Below, one piece after another: positions 54,501-63,316 of a stretch of 63,316 nucleotides of DNA (the stretch's first letter is position 1; every line of letters starts with the position of its first letter). Source of the DNA: Phoronis australis. Taxonomy: Eukaryota; Animalia; Phoronida. Location: NCBI GenBank assembly GCA_002633005.1, contig NMRA01000363.1:247619-310934 (forward strand), read 5' to 3'. The position numbers and the translations under genes were made by a program. The notes beneath the pieces were generated by a model, which was given only the letters and a program-made list of their open reading frames with translations, was not told the DNA's origin and did no database searches.

Positions 54501-57500
54501 TGTGTCTCCTAAACTTCCCGTAAGATCTTCTTGACATTTAGAAGGTGAGTTCCTGTGAAACTGGCAACAGATGGCGAGTTTAGGACTGATGTGACTACCT
54601 CTGTGCCCCGTAGTGATGATTTTATTCATTGTTACGTTTGCTTCTGTATCTTCTGTATTCCTTGACAGGTTTTCATGAAATTTGGCAAATTTTGGAATAC
54701 GATGAAGCATTTCTCATTTTTGTTCGTTTTCGACTTATTCGGTCCGTGAGATCTTGTGGCCATTGTTGTTACATGCAATTCTTCTGTTTGCATCTCCCTC
54801 TATCTCTCCTCACCAAACCACATGAAGTGCTAAAATTTGCAGACTGTGAAGACCAGGGCTGACATGTCCGACTACCATAATGGCATTACCAAGTGGCAGT
54901 TTTGGTTCTTTTCGTCTGTAGTCACATCCCTTTTACCCCCTTCAGGCTGAGTCTTCGTAATAGCATTTGTCTTGCCGACGTGAGCACATTGCTTTACTCT
55001 TGTATTGAAAATCACGTGAATGAAATAGCAAAGCACCGCTCTCATTGTAATATATTTACCCATAATGCATCACATGTGTCGTGCACTAGTTATCCTGTTG
55101 TTTCAAGTGCGCACTAGTCACTCTCTCATATCGGAATAGTTAGCCTGTGATTTGTTTAATTGTAGTACGGGTAAACTTTATTACTGCAGTCTGAGTTGTA
55201 AGAAAATTGGCAAAACAGGCAAATATCAGTGCTGTTTTCAAAATGTACAAGTTTCTTCCCGTTTTCAAAGTAGATCAGTCTTGCAGTGAGGTCTGGCCTA
55301 TTGGGAATGCCATATAGCATGTAAATGGATTCATATTTTCTCGTTAGTTCTATAAAGTAGCACAGAAGGTAATGGTTTGCCAGGTGATCAGTGCAATGGG
55401 CCCACATGCACAGCGTGCTCACGTCTGGTACAACGTGTATCAGACCACCTGCAATATTATTATTTTTTTGTGTAATGCTTTGTCACTGTCAAGACCTAGC
55501 GTACGGTAGCTAATGCTTAATGGTGGGCATGAAGTTTTCAAAGGCAATTCTTGGCAATTATTTTTGTCTGGAACTAGTGACAGTGGTGACATGTTGTTCA
55601 AGTTGGTAACCTTATACTCCCATTTTAGTTGGTGTATACATTTTGATCAATATGTATTCACTGAGATCAATATGTATTCACTGATCAGTATGTATTCATT
55701 GATCAATATGTATAACACTATTCACTGATCATGTCTTGGTGGTAAGAAATCAATAAATTGTCAGGATTCATGATTAACCTTGAGTGACAAATAACTTCAA
55801 CACAGTATTGTGAATTCATATCAATCCATACTATTTTTATGAATAATTCATAGCAACAGTTGATATGAATTGATATCAGTAATATTCAATTCACTAAAAT
55901 CAGCCAAATTTGCTCTGTGTATCCGAGTCTGTTAAAAATGTGACTGTAGTTTCAGTCACCGATAGAGATTAAGGTTTTGTGGCCTTGACCTTCTCCTGGG
56001 TGTAGTTCCAACTGCTTGTTGATTATCTCGTGTCTTGTATTAAATCCCTTATAAAGCACAGTTCTCTGTTGCATTTTATGTGACCCACTGGGACGCTGTC
56101 AGTAGCATCTACGACTTAAATGATTTAAGTGAGCGAGGCCTCATGTTCCACTCCTTTTGACATAGTCTTGCCAATCTAGTGAAGCGCTAGAATGTAGGTG
56201 TTACGCCAGTGCACCCTAGTGTGTCTTGTGTTGTCTACTTTGTTCCATGTCATTTGCATGTTTTCACTCATGTGTCTTTGGTTGTCTTAGTCGAGCCTTC
56301 TCTACTGACACCTATAGTCTGAGGTGAGTCAGCGTGCTTGCTGTGTAGAATTAGAGCAGCCTTTAGGGCTCATCGTCAAGCCTTAACTCGGTCACCTAGT
56401 ACAAAGTCTGCAAATGAGCTGTGGCTTATTATGTGAAAAAGGGTGTGGATCGCAACTGTTGTTTGAACTGTGGCATATTTCTGCGCGATAACTCAGTCTA
56501 TAGTCTATAACACACTCTCTTTCTAATTACCATAATTTAATAGGTGTTCAGAGGTTTTCAAACAATGGTGTAATAAACTCTTATGCTAAAATTGTTGAGT
56601 TCCACAGCATATTTTTGCGTGTTATGGCAAAGGCAATTCCAACTGTTTTCTATATTTCAATTTTGTGTCAAACCAACATTTTCGTCACAATTCTAGAGAG
56701 AGCAGATTCCTACAGGGCAAGGGGGGTTGTGGTTATGTGGTGGTGATAAATTATGGCGACCTTTGCTTGTGTGCTAGCTTGAAGCTTGAACTTTAATGGG
56801 AAGTAAACAATATCTAAATGCCTCTCCACCCTGCTGGGTTTCCATCACTTCCGTAAATTTAGAAATTTTACACAGTTTTGTTATTCTTGGGTACATTTTT
56901 TGGTTGTACTTAATATTTTCCTGAATATTTTCAGCTTGTGAACAAAATTATCTATAATTTTTTTTGAAATTATTAAAGAGAAATTAATGTCTGTTTGTTG
57001 TGGCTTGTATTTTATAAGAAATGTGACAATGTTCATTGTTCAAAATCCTTTAAAAATTCTCATATTAAACATTTACTTTTTTCTGTTTTCTCCATGTAAT
57101 AAATAAACCAATTATACTAGTGTGCCTGTTATTAATCAAAATTATGTTGGCCATAGTAACCCAGAACCCAGGCGTCCACACGTGTTAGTGCGCAGGTAAT
57201 GGAGTGACTTCTATTGTGTGTGGCGTGAGTCTCTTGTCCAGTCTTTAGTGTACTGAGATTTGTCTGTGCAACCAGCTTCTTTTCCGTAATCTCCCTGCTG
57301 TGTTTTTTGTTTTTCGACTGATGGCTGCTGATAGCTCCAATAATCAATAATCCCATCTGGTTTGTACTGATATCATTTTCATAAGTTTATAAAGGTGGTA
57401 ATCAAATGCTTAACATGGACCGTGAAACACTTACCACAGAATAGAACCTTTACGGTAAAGTCGCGTGATTTTCGGACACTCAAAGTTAATTCCAATAGAA

Positions 57501-60500
57501 CCGGTCATTCATTCTACAATGGAAAATTGCAACCTTCGGTGTATTTCCCATTTTTATTTTCATCAGAAATTTTCGTTGTGTGGGACTCGGTGATTCTTTT
57601 CATAGATAAAGCACGAAGTGCAAAATAAACGCAAGACAGACGTGAAAAACATTCTAGTTACGGTTGTATCATCACTAAGACAAGGTAAAAGTTATATAGC
57701 CTGGTATAGGAATTCTCAGGCTAAAGCCTTATAGAGTAGTAATCATTTATTGAACACTTTAGCGGCATGGAAGTTGCGTCGATCCCAAATTAGCGTTTCT
57801 AACATTTTCTTTGTCCAAAATTCGCGGGACAGAAATCCGATATTGATGTTGATGATTGTCAGAAACTCGTGACCCATTGAAAAACAGCTTTTGGACATGG
57901 TACGAATTTTGTGGACTATGAAAAACTGACATTTTAGAAAAATTATTGTCCCAAAATGGCAGGCCGTCCGAAAACGGCGTGACTTTACCGCACCAATCAA
58001 GCAGAACATATAGATTCTTACAATTCTGCTCAAAACAACTGTAACCTCCAGAAGGCTCAGTGCACATGTACACTTGGCCAGCACTGCAGTGTTTTTCAAA
58101 CTAAACACTGTGTGTGGTGAGTTTTTGCATTCCATAGTAAATATTTTTTTGAGATTCGAAAGTGCTGTGCTGCATCGAACTTTCTATGGTCCATGACGTG
58201 GGTTGGATTACTTCCCCTGTTATTGCTGACATTTTGTTACTCTCGCTTTTAAGGACTGGCTTTGTCTTGAGTTTTAAAGTACGTGATTTTCTTGAGAAAG
58301 CTCTTAATACGTGTTTGGGGCATTCTGTGCAGTATTTAATTGCGATTAAAACAAACTGTAGAGTCGTAGTTTATGCATTTCTGTGTGAATTGTGTTAATG
58401 TTACCTTTTTTAACATGTAATTTGTAATTAACTGAGTTGTGGATTCCATTCTGTTTTACTAAATGGCAGTTCTTTCCTTATTTAACACACTATATGGCAG
58501 ACACAAAACAAGTGAATGTTTTGTCGAATTTCCCCGCAGAAAGATTGAGAAAATGTCACAGACAGAGTATATTCATTTAGCTTGGTTTGTACAGGTTGTC
58601 GTCAAGTAAAATTGCGTAAAGTTTTTGTTGTTTCAGCAAGTTAATTGACCTCTGGAGAAAAACTCTTAATTTTGAGCAATCTTTGTGAAAGAAGTGAAGA
58701 ATTAAGGTTATTCTTGATTGGTCAAGCCTTCACCTTCACTTGTGTTTGAATTTATTTGATACATTCGCTTTGTCGATGCGCATTTCAAAATGCTTGTGGG
58801 CTTGGGGTAACAACTGCGCATGCCCTGAATTGGGATTCTGCAAAACCTGATAAGTGATCTACTGTATCCGGGTGTTGTCATTGTTTTATTATCAACCACA
58901 CAATGTGTATGACGTTCCTTGCTTGTGTTGACATGTTCTTCAGTAGGCATCTTTATGTCTTCATGTACTTGGTATTATGTAAATGAATGTTCCAAGTCTT
59001 TATTGTGGTTCTTGTAACAGAGTAGTGATTGGTGACTTGGTGGAATTGAAAGGGTTTCGATTGGTTGCAGATCGAGTTCGTCTGCAGCTACTATGGCTTT
59101 TGCCGCGGCGACTGCTGGCATGGCTACGCCACATGGTCATCCAAAGGTGATCAACAGATATCACAGTGCAGGTCAGTGGCTTGTGTGCTGTGTACGTTCA
59201 CACCTTGTAGGTCTACAATGCCCGTTGGAACCATTTGTTTCTTTCAGGGGAAAGTTGAATTACCAAATATTTCTATAATATCCCAAATTTTCCGGTAATT
59301 TTTTTTTTTGAAAAATTTAACATTGTTCCAAAGCAGAACTGGAGCCTGATTTTGTAGTCTTTTTCTCAAAATCGGTTCTCAAACTTACAATCCAAGACAA
59401 AATGCAATCAGAGATAATACTGGCTAATCCTGTTAACATCAAAAAGTTACTGCTAATAACAATTATATTAATGACTTTTTATAACCGCTCTGAGGTGGTG
59501 GTTTGTTATAACTATTATTAAAATCTCTTGGTCTATTTACACTGACCTCTAGTCTATTTACGCTGTTAGGTCATTTCAGTCAGTCTATTCTCCGGCCATT
59601 GTCAGGTGTTCCCGCTTTCTTAGTAGAACGAGCACGGATATGTGGTACACTCATGGTGTAATTTTTTTGAAATTTTTGCCTCAGACAAAAAATAAGGGAG
59701 CGAATGAGAACCGGGATATTATGTGAAAGCTATTTGTGGGGCTGTGCTCACATTATTAAAAAAGATGCCGCTGCTACCTTTGGAGCCCCCTCCCACAGAC
59801 TTTTCTTGTGACCTTAGGGTACTTAGTGCTCAGACTGTAGCCAGCTGATGACCTTGACATAAGACTGTAATATGCAGATTGTCTTGCCAAGAGTTACAAA
59901 TCAATTTCCATTATTCTTCGTGAACTTAAAACTCGATGACTTGAAACCTGTTCATTAATTTTGTTTGTAATTTTCTGTTATAACTTACTGAGTATTAATA
60001 TCTCAGAGCTTCTCGCGGCAGGAGCCAAAGGTTTTTAAACAAATCACCAGGAATTCATCATCAGACCAGTCGTCTCTCATGACTGAGAATGACGGGGATT
60101 GACAGGAAAGTTAGTGCTGTGGCTAAGCCATTCTGTTATTAGAATTTTGCTGATTGCCTCGGGTCCGTAATTTTCATGACCGGTAATTTTGCTGGTAACT
60201 TTACTGACCATCATGATGGTAATACAGAATGTTGTCTGATTACTTTTGTTTTGTGCTCTACATTGACAAGGTTCTGTCCTAGCAGTGCTGAGACCAGCAC
60301 GTTCATGGCTGATAGACAGCTCGATTATCCACCATGTTTCAAAGAGCAGCTAATGACGTCATCGCTAGTGAGATAATTGCTTTGTTCCACGCACAATAAG
60401 AAGACGTATCACTTTTTGTAATAATGCCACTTGGTTGTCTTTTCTGGTTCTTTTATATGGACAGTAGAATGGCCATGTTTCTTGTGCTGTTGTTTCATCA

Positions 60501-62831
60501 ACACGTAACCATGACTACATGTGATTTCAGGTGCCAGTGATCTGAAGCCATATCTGGTGAACAGGAAGAAGGAGTCTGTGATCAGTACAGCGGCTACGAT
60601 GAGAGTGTTAAATGTACTGAGACACTGGGTGTCTAAACACTCACAGGTTGGTAGTTTCTACTACAGGGTGAGTGTCTAAATTCTGACCGCTTGGTAGTGT
60701 CTAGTATATGTTGGACTCGGGAGAGCTTGTATATGTTAAGTACTGAGGCCAACATGAGATACAATTGTTAACATTTACTGTGTGCGTAATTTGCGTAAAT
60801 TTTCCTGCAATTTTGATGCAAAACATTGTTAATCAAAAATTCTTTAGAAAACTCGATACCTTGTGATTTTCTACCCACATTTGGGAGCCACAGGGCCCCT
60901 TCTACCAAAGAATAGTTACTGTACTCTAGTTCTTGCGAAATTTGTGCCATCCTCTGATGGTGTTTATGGACAACGTCACATGAGAAGTGCAAGTTTTTGA
61001 CAGCAAGTATGAATTATAATTTTTTTTCACATGAATGAATGGTAATGTCATTGTTCTTTTTTGACATGTTTGTTTACAACGGGTTATACAAGCTTTGCAT
61101 ATTAAAGTTAGGGCCAATCTTTCTGCCTCATAGGACTTCGAGACTGACCCGGGGTTAAAGGCCAAAGTTCGTGACATGCTGGAGGAGATGGTGTGTAACT
61201 CGGCTCTACTTCCTGCAGAACACAAGGCAGCGGCCAGCATTCTGCGGACTATGGCCAAGGACGAGGCTGACCACTGTAGAGTTGACCTGACTGGTTTGCT
61301 GGAACCACCCATGGTAGTGTAGGAGCTGACATTTGCGTAGATTTGGCTTTAATTACAACAAAATAAATGAACCTTTGGACTAACCATGATTTACATGCCA
61401 TACGAGTAGCCCGTCGTTATTGTGGTGGTCTTTTGGAATGAAAGTTCAATAGTCAGTTTTTTTATCGTGAAACTGCCTCTGAAAGCAGTCATGTTAAAGT
61501 TAGTTGTTGTTCGACTTGTTGACCTTGGTCTAAAAACCAAAAAAAACAATGGACTTGCACATGAGCCAATGTTAACAGATTAAATAAATTATTATCATTC
61601 TGTCTCAGGGACCTCCTGAGTAGCAGTCCAATTAATTTGACATTTTGATTTGGTCGGTGAATGAGGCATAAGGGTTGGGTTGGGTTACTCTCAGCATATT
61701 ATTGATTTAAAGTAACAGTGCATTGCACGTTTTTCTTGGTTTTTGTTTTATTTCAACAAATTTTTGTTAAATCTTGAAGAAACTAGATACTTTAGGTTGA
61801 ATGTGGCTATTTTCAGTCGCCATCCAAGGATACCTTTGACTCATTGTCTGCACTTGACATCGCTGAACAACTAACGTACCTGGATCACCAGATATTTATG
61901 AACATCAGAAGCGAGTGAGTATTAATTGGAGTGGAAGCTACAGTCAAATTTCTCCAATTTAGAACACATTATGAAACTGTATTTTCTCAATTTTTCATAG
62001 ACGTGTAGCATCAAATCATTGCTTCGCCATGTTCAAGCTTTGTATTCTAACTACCATCAGAAAATACTTTGAAAAAAGTTTAAGCATTTGCAGCAATATT
62101 AGAAGACCTTGAAAAACAAAAAATGGGTAATTTTGGCAATTATTTTTGTATGAAGTTGATGAGATTTTAACGTGAAAGTAACCGTGGTCAATCATGTGCT
62201 ACTGTTTTTAGTGGACTTGCCATTTGTCAAACCACGCCTTTCAGAATTTTTTTGCATCGAGTTTTGAATAATTAGTTATTAGATACTCTTTTTGAATATG
62301 TAGGCTCATTAGATACCTCTGTTTGAATAGTTGTAGGCTCATTAGAGATCCTGTTTGAATACATAGACATCTTGTATCTTTGTCAATTAATGGGATCGGT
62401 AATTTCTATCACTGTCTTAAGTTACGTATCAATGATTTGACAGCAACCAAACTCAGTCAAGCTGAAATCAACTGAAAATGTATGCACAAAACGTAACGAG
62501 AGCGGCGCACATGAAGTAATATCCCACGAGACATTATTCCACGTATCAACCTCGACCTTAGGTCTCTGTCGATACCAGCCATGGGGCTGATCATAGTACA
62601 GTGGAAATTCAAAGCTTTTCTCCTAATTGATCCGATCTCTTTTAAAGGGGATGCTTACGGCATGTAAATGAAAAGTATTTTTTTGATAGGAAGCAGCTTG
62701 ATTGCCGCTTTAATACAGTTTTGACTTAACCATTTTGACCTTGCAGGGAACTGCTGTGTCAAGCCTGGATGAAGCCGGAGAAGGCCAAAAAGGCACCCCA
62801 TGTCCTACTGGTCAGCAAGAGGTTCAATGAG
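9049..62831 (+). CDS. RASGRF: RasGRF-family Ras/Rac GEF (RASGRF1/2 homolog), partial multi-exon CDS: PH1 C-term, coiled coil, IQ, DH, PH2, split REM, start of CDC25; 5' and 3' ends outside the window
   Basis: 23 exons with GT-AG boundaries and matching phases join into one open frame of 3558 nt. Translated blocks closely match vertebrate RASGRF1/2 as I know them: [119 protein letters not shown]. Confidence 0.97.
9857..10260. mobile_element. Dispersed repeat, probable old MITE; related copy at ~21700-22108
   Basis: Shared blocks cgaagttaac...acttcacagtaa...ttaacagca[a/g]agcgtc and ttaacttc.cagtttac/tg; superfamily uncertain. Confidence 0.5.
11604..11751 (+). CDS. RASGRF: RASGRF exon, coiled coil ([26 protein letters not shown]...KLKAE)
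   Basis: gaccag| ... gag|gtgagt; 148 nt, phase 2 to 0; too short for the ORF track. Confidence 0.93.
12555..13520 (+). repeat. ~64-bp minisatellite made of the IQ-exon 3' splice site plus exon start (15 units including the real site; 128-bp dimer higher-order repeat)
   Basis: Unit tcttcaca[g/a]ttgaaggagtataaaa recurs with acceptor-equivalent positions at 12577, 12647, 12712, 12777, 12841, 12905, 12970, 13033, 13098, 13161, 13226, 13289, 13354, 13417 and 13481. Confidence 0.95.
13482..13689 (+). CDS. RASGRF: RASGRF exon, IQ motif and DH start ([10 protein letters not shown]...[19 protein letters not shown]...MVE)
   Basis: tcttcacag| ... gaag|gtaagg; 208 nt, phase 0 to 1. Confidence 0.95.
14256..14382 (+). 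CDS. RASGRF: RASGRF exon, DH (EEEYVKNL...[27 protein letters not shown])
   Basis: ctcag| ... atag|gtagag; 127 nt, phase 1 to 2. Confidence 0.96.
15066..15145 (+). CDS. RASGRF: RASGRF exon, DH ([26 protein letters not shown])
   Basis: ttccag| ... cttg|gtgagt; 80 nt, phase 2 to 1. Confidence 0.96.
16680..17200. repeat. Degenerate pentamer simple repeat (CTGTG/CTGTA)n
   Basis: Visible 5-nt periodicity, e.g. ctgtgctgtgctgtgctgtg at 17045-17067; explains the Cys-rich spurious ORFs. Confidence 0.85.
17855..18783. mobile_element. MITE with AGG-starting TIRs and TTAA-like target (Kolobok-like); related copy at ~45465-45966
   Basis: Left end ttta|aggctgtgtaggacc, right end ggtcctacattacct|ttaa; internal block at 18691-18755 matches 45877-45940. 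Confidence 0.55.
19654..19730 (+). CDS. RASGRF: RASGRF exon, DH ([25 protein letters not shown])
   Basis: ccctag| ... cag|gtatgt; 77 nt, phase 1 to 0. Confidence 0.96.
20642..20758 (+). CDS. RASGRF: RASGRF exon, DH (VLAEYKQK...[11 protein letters not shown])
   Basis: ttttcag| ... cag|gtaggt; 117 nt, phase 0 to 0. Confidence 0.96.
21180..21600 (+). mobile_element. Diverged HINE-family fragments
   Basis: 3' end gtgggcgcatttcaacgctccatgttggtcttgtt (21335-21369), flanked by subrepeat-like sequence (atgaaatttggc, catctagtggcca, ggctgtatctcct). Confidence 0.7.
22125..22600. repeat. Dispersed repeat also found at ~18148-18478 and ~62602-62657
   Basis: Shared ttgttttttgttgacaaaatcgcta, gaatggaatgtggatagaac and gaaattcaaaagatttctccaaat blocks. 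Confidence 0.75.
22694..22804 (+). CDS. RASGRF: RASGRF exon, DH ([22 protein letters not shown]...LEELSR)
   Basis: ttacag| ... cga|gtgagt; 111 nt, phase 0 to 0. Confidence 0.96.
23211..23660 (+). mobile_element. Diverged HINE-family copy, 5' part
   Basis: cattatgccatcatccctgtctg start; subrepeats with gccccctagtgg and gacacctagtggcagttttg. Confidence 0.65.
23740..23857 (+). CDS. RASGRF: RASGRF exon, DH-PH2 junction ([39 protein letters not shown])
   Basis: tttgcag| ... cagg|gtgagt; 118 nt, phase 0 to 1. Confidence 0.96.
25029..25201 (+). CDS. RASGRF: RASGRF exon, PH2 ([19 protein letters not shown]...[25 protein letters not shown])
   Basis: ttgcag| ... aaa|gtgagt; 173 nt, phase 1 to 0. Confidence 0.95.
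26338..26416 (+). CDS. RASGRF: RASGRF exon, PH2 ([26 protein letters not shown])
   Basis: ttttcag| ... gaaa|gtaaga; 79 nt, phase 0 to 1. Confidence 0.93.
28125..28357 (+). CDS. RASGRF: RASGRF exon, PH2 C-terminus (...[36 protein letters not shown])
   Basis: ttgacag| ... cag|gtgaga; 233 nt, phase 1 to 0. Confidence 0.92.
28800..30763 (+). repeat. Copy 1 of a ~2 kb duplication flanking the assembly gap
   Basis: Colinear and highly similar to 31789-34071, apart from indels. Confidence 0.92.
29300..29492 (+). mobile_element. Diverged HINE-family 3' end
   Basis: Closely matches 21270-21365 (gccatttttatgatacaaataaat...cacaccatttgca...catttcaatgctcca). Confidence 0.6.
30764..31426 (+). mobile_element. 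TA-target DNA transposon/MITE (Tc1/mariner-type termini), 5' part running into the gap
   Basis: Starts ta|cggtaaagtcgtgtgattttcagacac, matching the TIR at 57453; absent from the equivalent site in copy 2 (34070-34071). Confidence 0.75.
31427..31788. other. Assembly gap (362 N)
   Basis: Run of N. Confidence 1.
31789..34071 (+). repeat. Copy 2 of the ~2 kb duplication
   Basis: Begins at the gap edge with gagcttcttttcagaaacggg, identical to 28800. Confidence 0.92.
33411..33508 (+). mobile_element. 5'-truncated RTE-clade LINE 3' end (duplicate at ~30165-30260)
   Basis: Encodes [26 protein letters not shown], resembling the C-terminal A-x-(D/N)R-xx-WR-x-L-x-E-x-Y-xx-QW motif of RTE ORFs; followed directly by a (CAGAG)n tail. 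Confidence 0.65.
36244..36326 (+). CDS. RASGRF: RASGRF exon, PH2-REM linker ([27 protein letters not shown])
   Basis: ttccag| ... ttag|gtgagt; 83 nt, phase 0 to 2; aligns with vertebrate CVDNI...VTVPQMI. Confidence 0.92.
36447..36534. repeat. (TG)n microsatellite, ~44 units
   Basis: Direct observation. Confidence 0.98.
41517..41540 (+). CDS. RASGRF: Candidate 24-nt cassette microexon (R/YIHSTQI/W)
   Basis: tctttgcacag| gtatatccacagtactcagatctg |gtgagt; symmetric phase 2-2, no stop; no transcript evidence available. Confidence 0.55.
41980..42520. mobile_element. Foldback-like element with ~200-bp imperfect inverted arms
   Basis: 41980-42175 (tcaaatatcaaaaaaactgtgctctgtcaactattacaagtatatattttctgaaaggagaaagatc...) is the reverse complement of ~42313-42520. 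Confidence 0.75.
44860..44935 (+). CDS. RASGRF: RASGRF exon ([25 protein letters not shown])
   Basis: ttttcag| ... cag|gtagcg; 76 nt, phase 2 to 0. Confidence 0.94.
46222..47425 (+). mobile_element. Old, near full-length HINE-family copy
   Basis: tttttatgcgcctgcatgtgggtgcat 5' stem-loop, decayed ~150-bp subrepeats (ccccctagtgg, ctctctagtggc) and a decayed 3' end (gcggtgc...tgggtgaatttcagtgctcc). Confidence 0.65.
47647..47831 (+). CDS. RASGRF: RASGRF exon, REM N-terminal half ([35 protein letters not shown]...)
   Basis: tttcag| ... ca|gtatgt; 185 nt, phase 0 to 2. Confidence 0.95.
48090..48780. repeat. Degenerate pentamer-based repeat (TTGGG/TTGGA/TCGTA)
   Basis: Recurrent ttgggttggatcgtatt units. 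Confidence 0.85.
49893..50077 (+). CDS. RASGRF: RASGRF linker exon (LCDADVFHS...LRRISTGSM...SQDSDSR)
   Basis: ggcag| ... agag|gtgaca; 185 nt, phase 2 to 1, fitting both neighbours; GC-rich coding-like composition; donor weak. Confidence 0.75.
50569..51309 (+). CDS. RASGRF: RASGRF large Ser/Thr/Pro-rich linker exon (741 nt)
   Basis: aacag| ... caga|gtgagt; phase 1 to 1; same frame as the 262-aa ORF at 50601. Confidence 0.82.
52650..53410. repeat. Dispersed repeat, with an internally deleted relative at ~3668-3815
   Basis: Shared aaattctattttgtca.atttctccacaaaa and tgtagatgtcataaaa blocks. Confidence 0.55.
53574..53703 (+). CDS. RASGRF: RASGRF linker exon (KRDSHGDS...[14 protein letters not shown])
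   Basis: ctgcag| ... gaag|gtaatt; 130 nt, phase 1 to 2; GTVVTSSR resembles vertebrate GVVMTSCR. Confidence 0.85.
54427..54910 (+). mobile_element. Old HINE-family copy, 5' part
   Basis: ttttttaggcatccacatattcatttgaggatgc start; tttcatgaaatttggc and agtggcagttttgg subrepeat remnants. Confidence 0.55.
55644..55731. repeat. ~18-bp minisatellite (gatcaatatgtattcact), 4-5 copies
   Basis: Direct observation. Confidence 0.85.
56291..56323 (+). CDS. RASGRF: Candidate 33-nt cassette microexon ([12 protein letters not shown])
   Basis: Long U/UG-rich tract then gtcttag| tcgagccttctctactgacacctatagtctgag |gtgagt; symmetric phase 2-2, no stop. Confidence 0.62.
57453..57990. mobile_element. ~540-bp MITE with ~25-bp TIRs and TA target (Tc1/mariner-type termini)
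   Basis: ta|cggtaaagtcgcgtgattttcggac ... gtccgaaaacggcgtgactttaccg|ca; the right-hand TA is mutated. Confidence 0.72.
59071..59171 (+). CDS. RASGRF: RASGRF exon ([33 protein letters not shown])
   Basis: ttgcag| ... gcag|gtcagt; 101 nt, phase 2 to 1; matches the vertebrate SAASAFAIATAG block. Confidence 0.92.
60531..60646 (+). CDS. RASGRF: RASGRF exon, REM C-terminal half ([25 protein letters not shown])
   Basis: tttcag| ... cag|gttggt; 116 nt, phase 1 to 0. Confidence 0.94.
61134..61313 (+). CDS. RASGRF: RASGRF exon ([12 protein letters not shown]...[12 protein letters not shown]...LLEPPM)
   Basis: tcatag| ... atg|gtagtg; 180 nt, phase 0 to 0. Confidence 0.93.
61817..61914 (+). CDS. RASGRF: RASGRF exon, CDC25 start ([26 protein letters not shown])
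   Basis: tttcag| ... ga|gtgagt; 98 nt, phase 0 to 2. Confidence 0.95.
62747..62831 (+). CDS. RASGRF: RASGRF exon, CDC25 ([28 protein letters not shown])
   Basis: ttgcag| ... gag|gtatga; 85 nt, phase 2 to 0. Confidence 0.95.
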
Positions 62832-63316
62832 GTATGACCGAGGTCACAACTAAACTGTAGTAACCCCTGGAGTGTTGTGTTGTGTAAATAGTGTAGTGTA
62901 GCGTAGTGGGTGTCTTACCATCTATTCATCGCCAACATTTTTTTAGAATTCAGGGGTTTGTCTAGTTGAAATCTTCCCCAATTAGTGGTACTGCTCGCGC
63001 ACGGCTGCAAGAAAATTTTGTAAACATTCCTTGGTAAAAGCGTTTATTGAGATTTAACCTCAGCATGGTCAGATGGCGCTTGGATCGAGAAAAACTCCAT
63101 GTATTGATTTGATTTTTGAGGCTCACTTTCTTTCTTATTTTAGTATGATGGCTGCATGCATAGTCATCTAGCCTCAAAGGGCATGTTGCAGTGGACCCAT
63201 ATTTTTAATTCCTGTATGCTTTAGTATTTATTGTTTAATACGTCACCGCACCGAGTTATCTGTGATGTCACTGGATGTTTACGAGCCAGCAACCTTCCCA
63301 CAATGCATTTGAGAAA

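Noticed and set aside
60270-60375. Possible internal first exon or promoter (ATG at 60305, CRE palindrome atgacgtcat at 60353-60362) for a short CDC25-only isoform
   Set aside because: The only nearby donor (cta|gtgaga) is phase 0 relative to that ATG while the next acceptor is phase 1, and a single 8-mer is expected by chance in 63 kb.

Overview
This is AT-rich metazoan genomic DNA, probably from an invertebrate; the species cannot be determined from the sequence. It is not prokaryotic, so most of the ORF track is noise. The window lies inside one large + strand gene, a RASGRF1/RASGRF2-type Ras/Rac guanine-nucleotide exchange factor. I traced 23 GT-AG exons from 9049 to 62831 (3558 nt, 1186 codons) with consistent phases. 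They run from the C-terminal part of PH1 through the coiled coil, IQ, DH, PH2, the split REM with a long Ser/Pro-rich linker, and into the CDC25 domain. The first exon(s) and the 3' end lie outside the window. Two extra frame-preserving microexon candidates (24 nt and 33 nt) are also present. The introns carry Helentron-type non-autonomous elements (HINE/DINE-1-like), TTAA- and TA-target MITEs, an RTE-like LINE 3' fragment, simple repeats, and a ~2 kb duplication around a 362-N gap that is probably two haplotypes. The three most notable observations are: (1) a ~64-bp tandem array of 14 copies of the IQ exon's own 3' splice site plus exon start, with alternating AG and AA copies, where every AG decoy leads to an early stop; (2) a HINE family whose ~150-bp subrepeats each carry a co-oriented CTCF-consensus motif; (3) a 33-nt microexon that would swap an RRxS motif for an RxRxxS motif.
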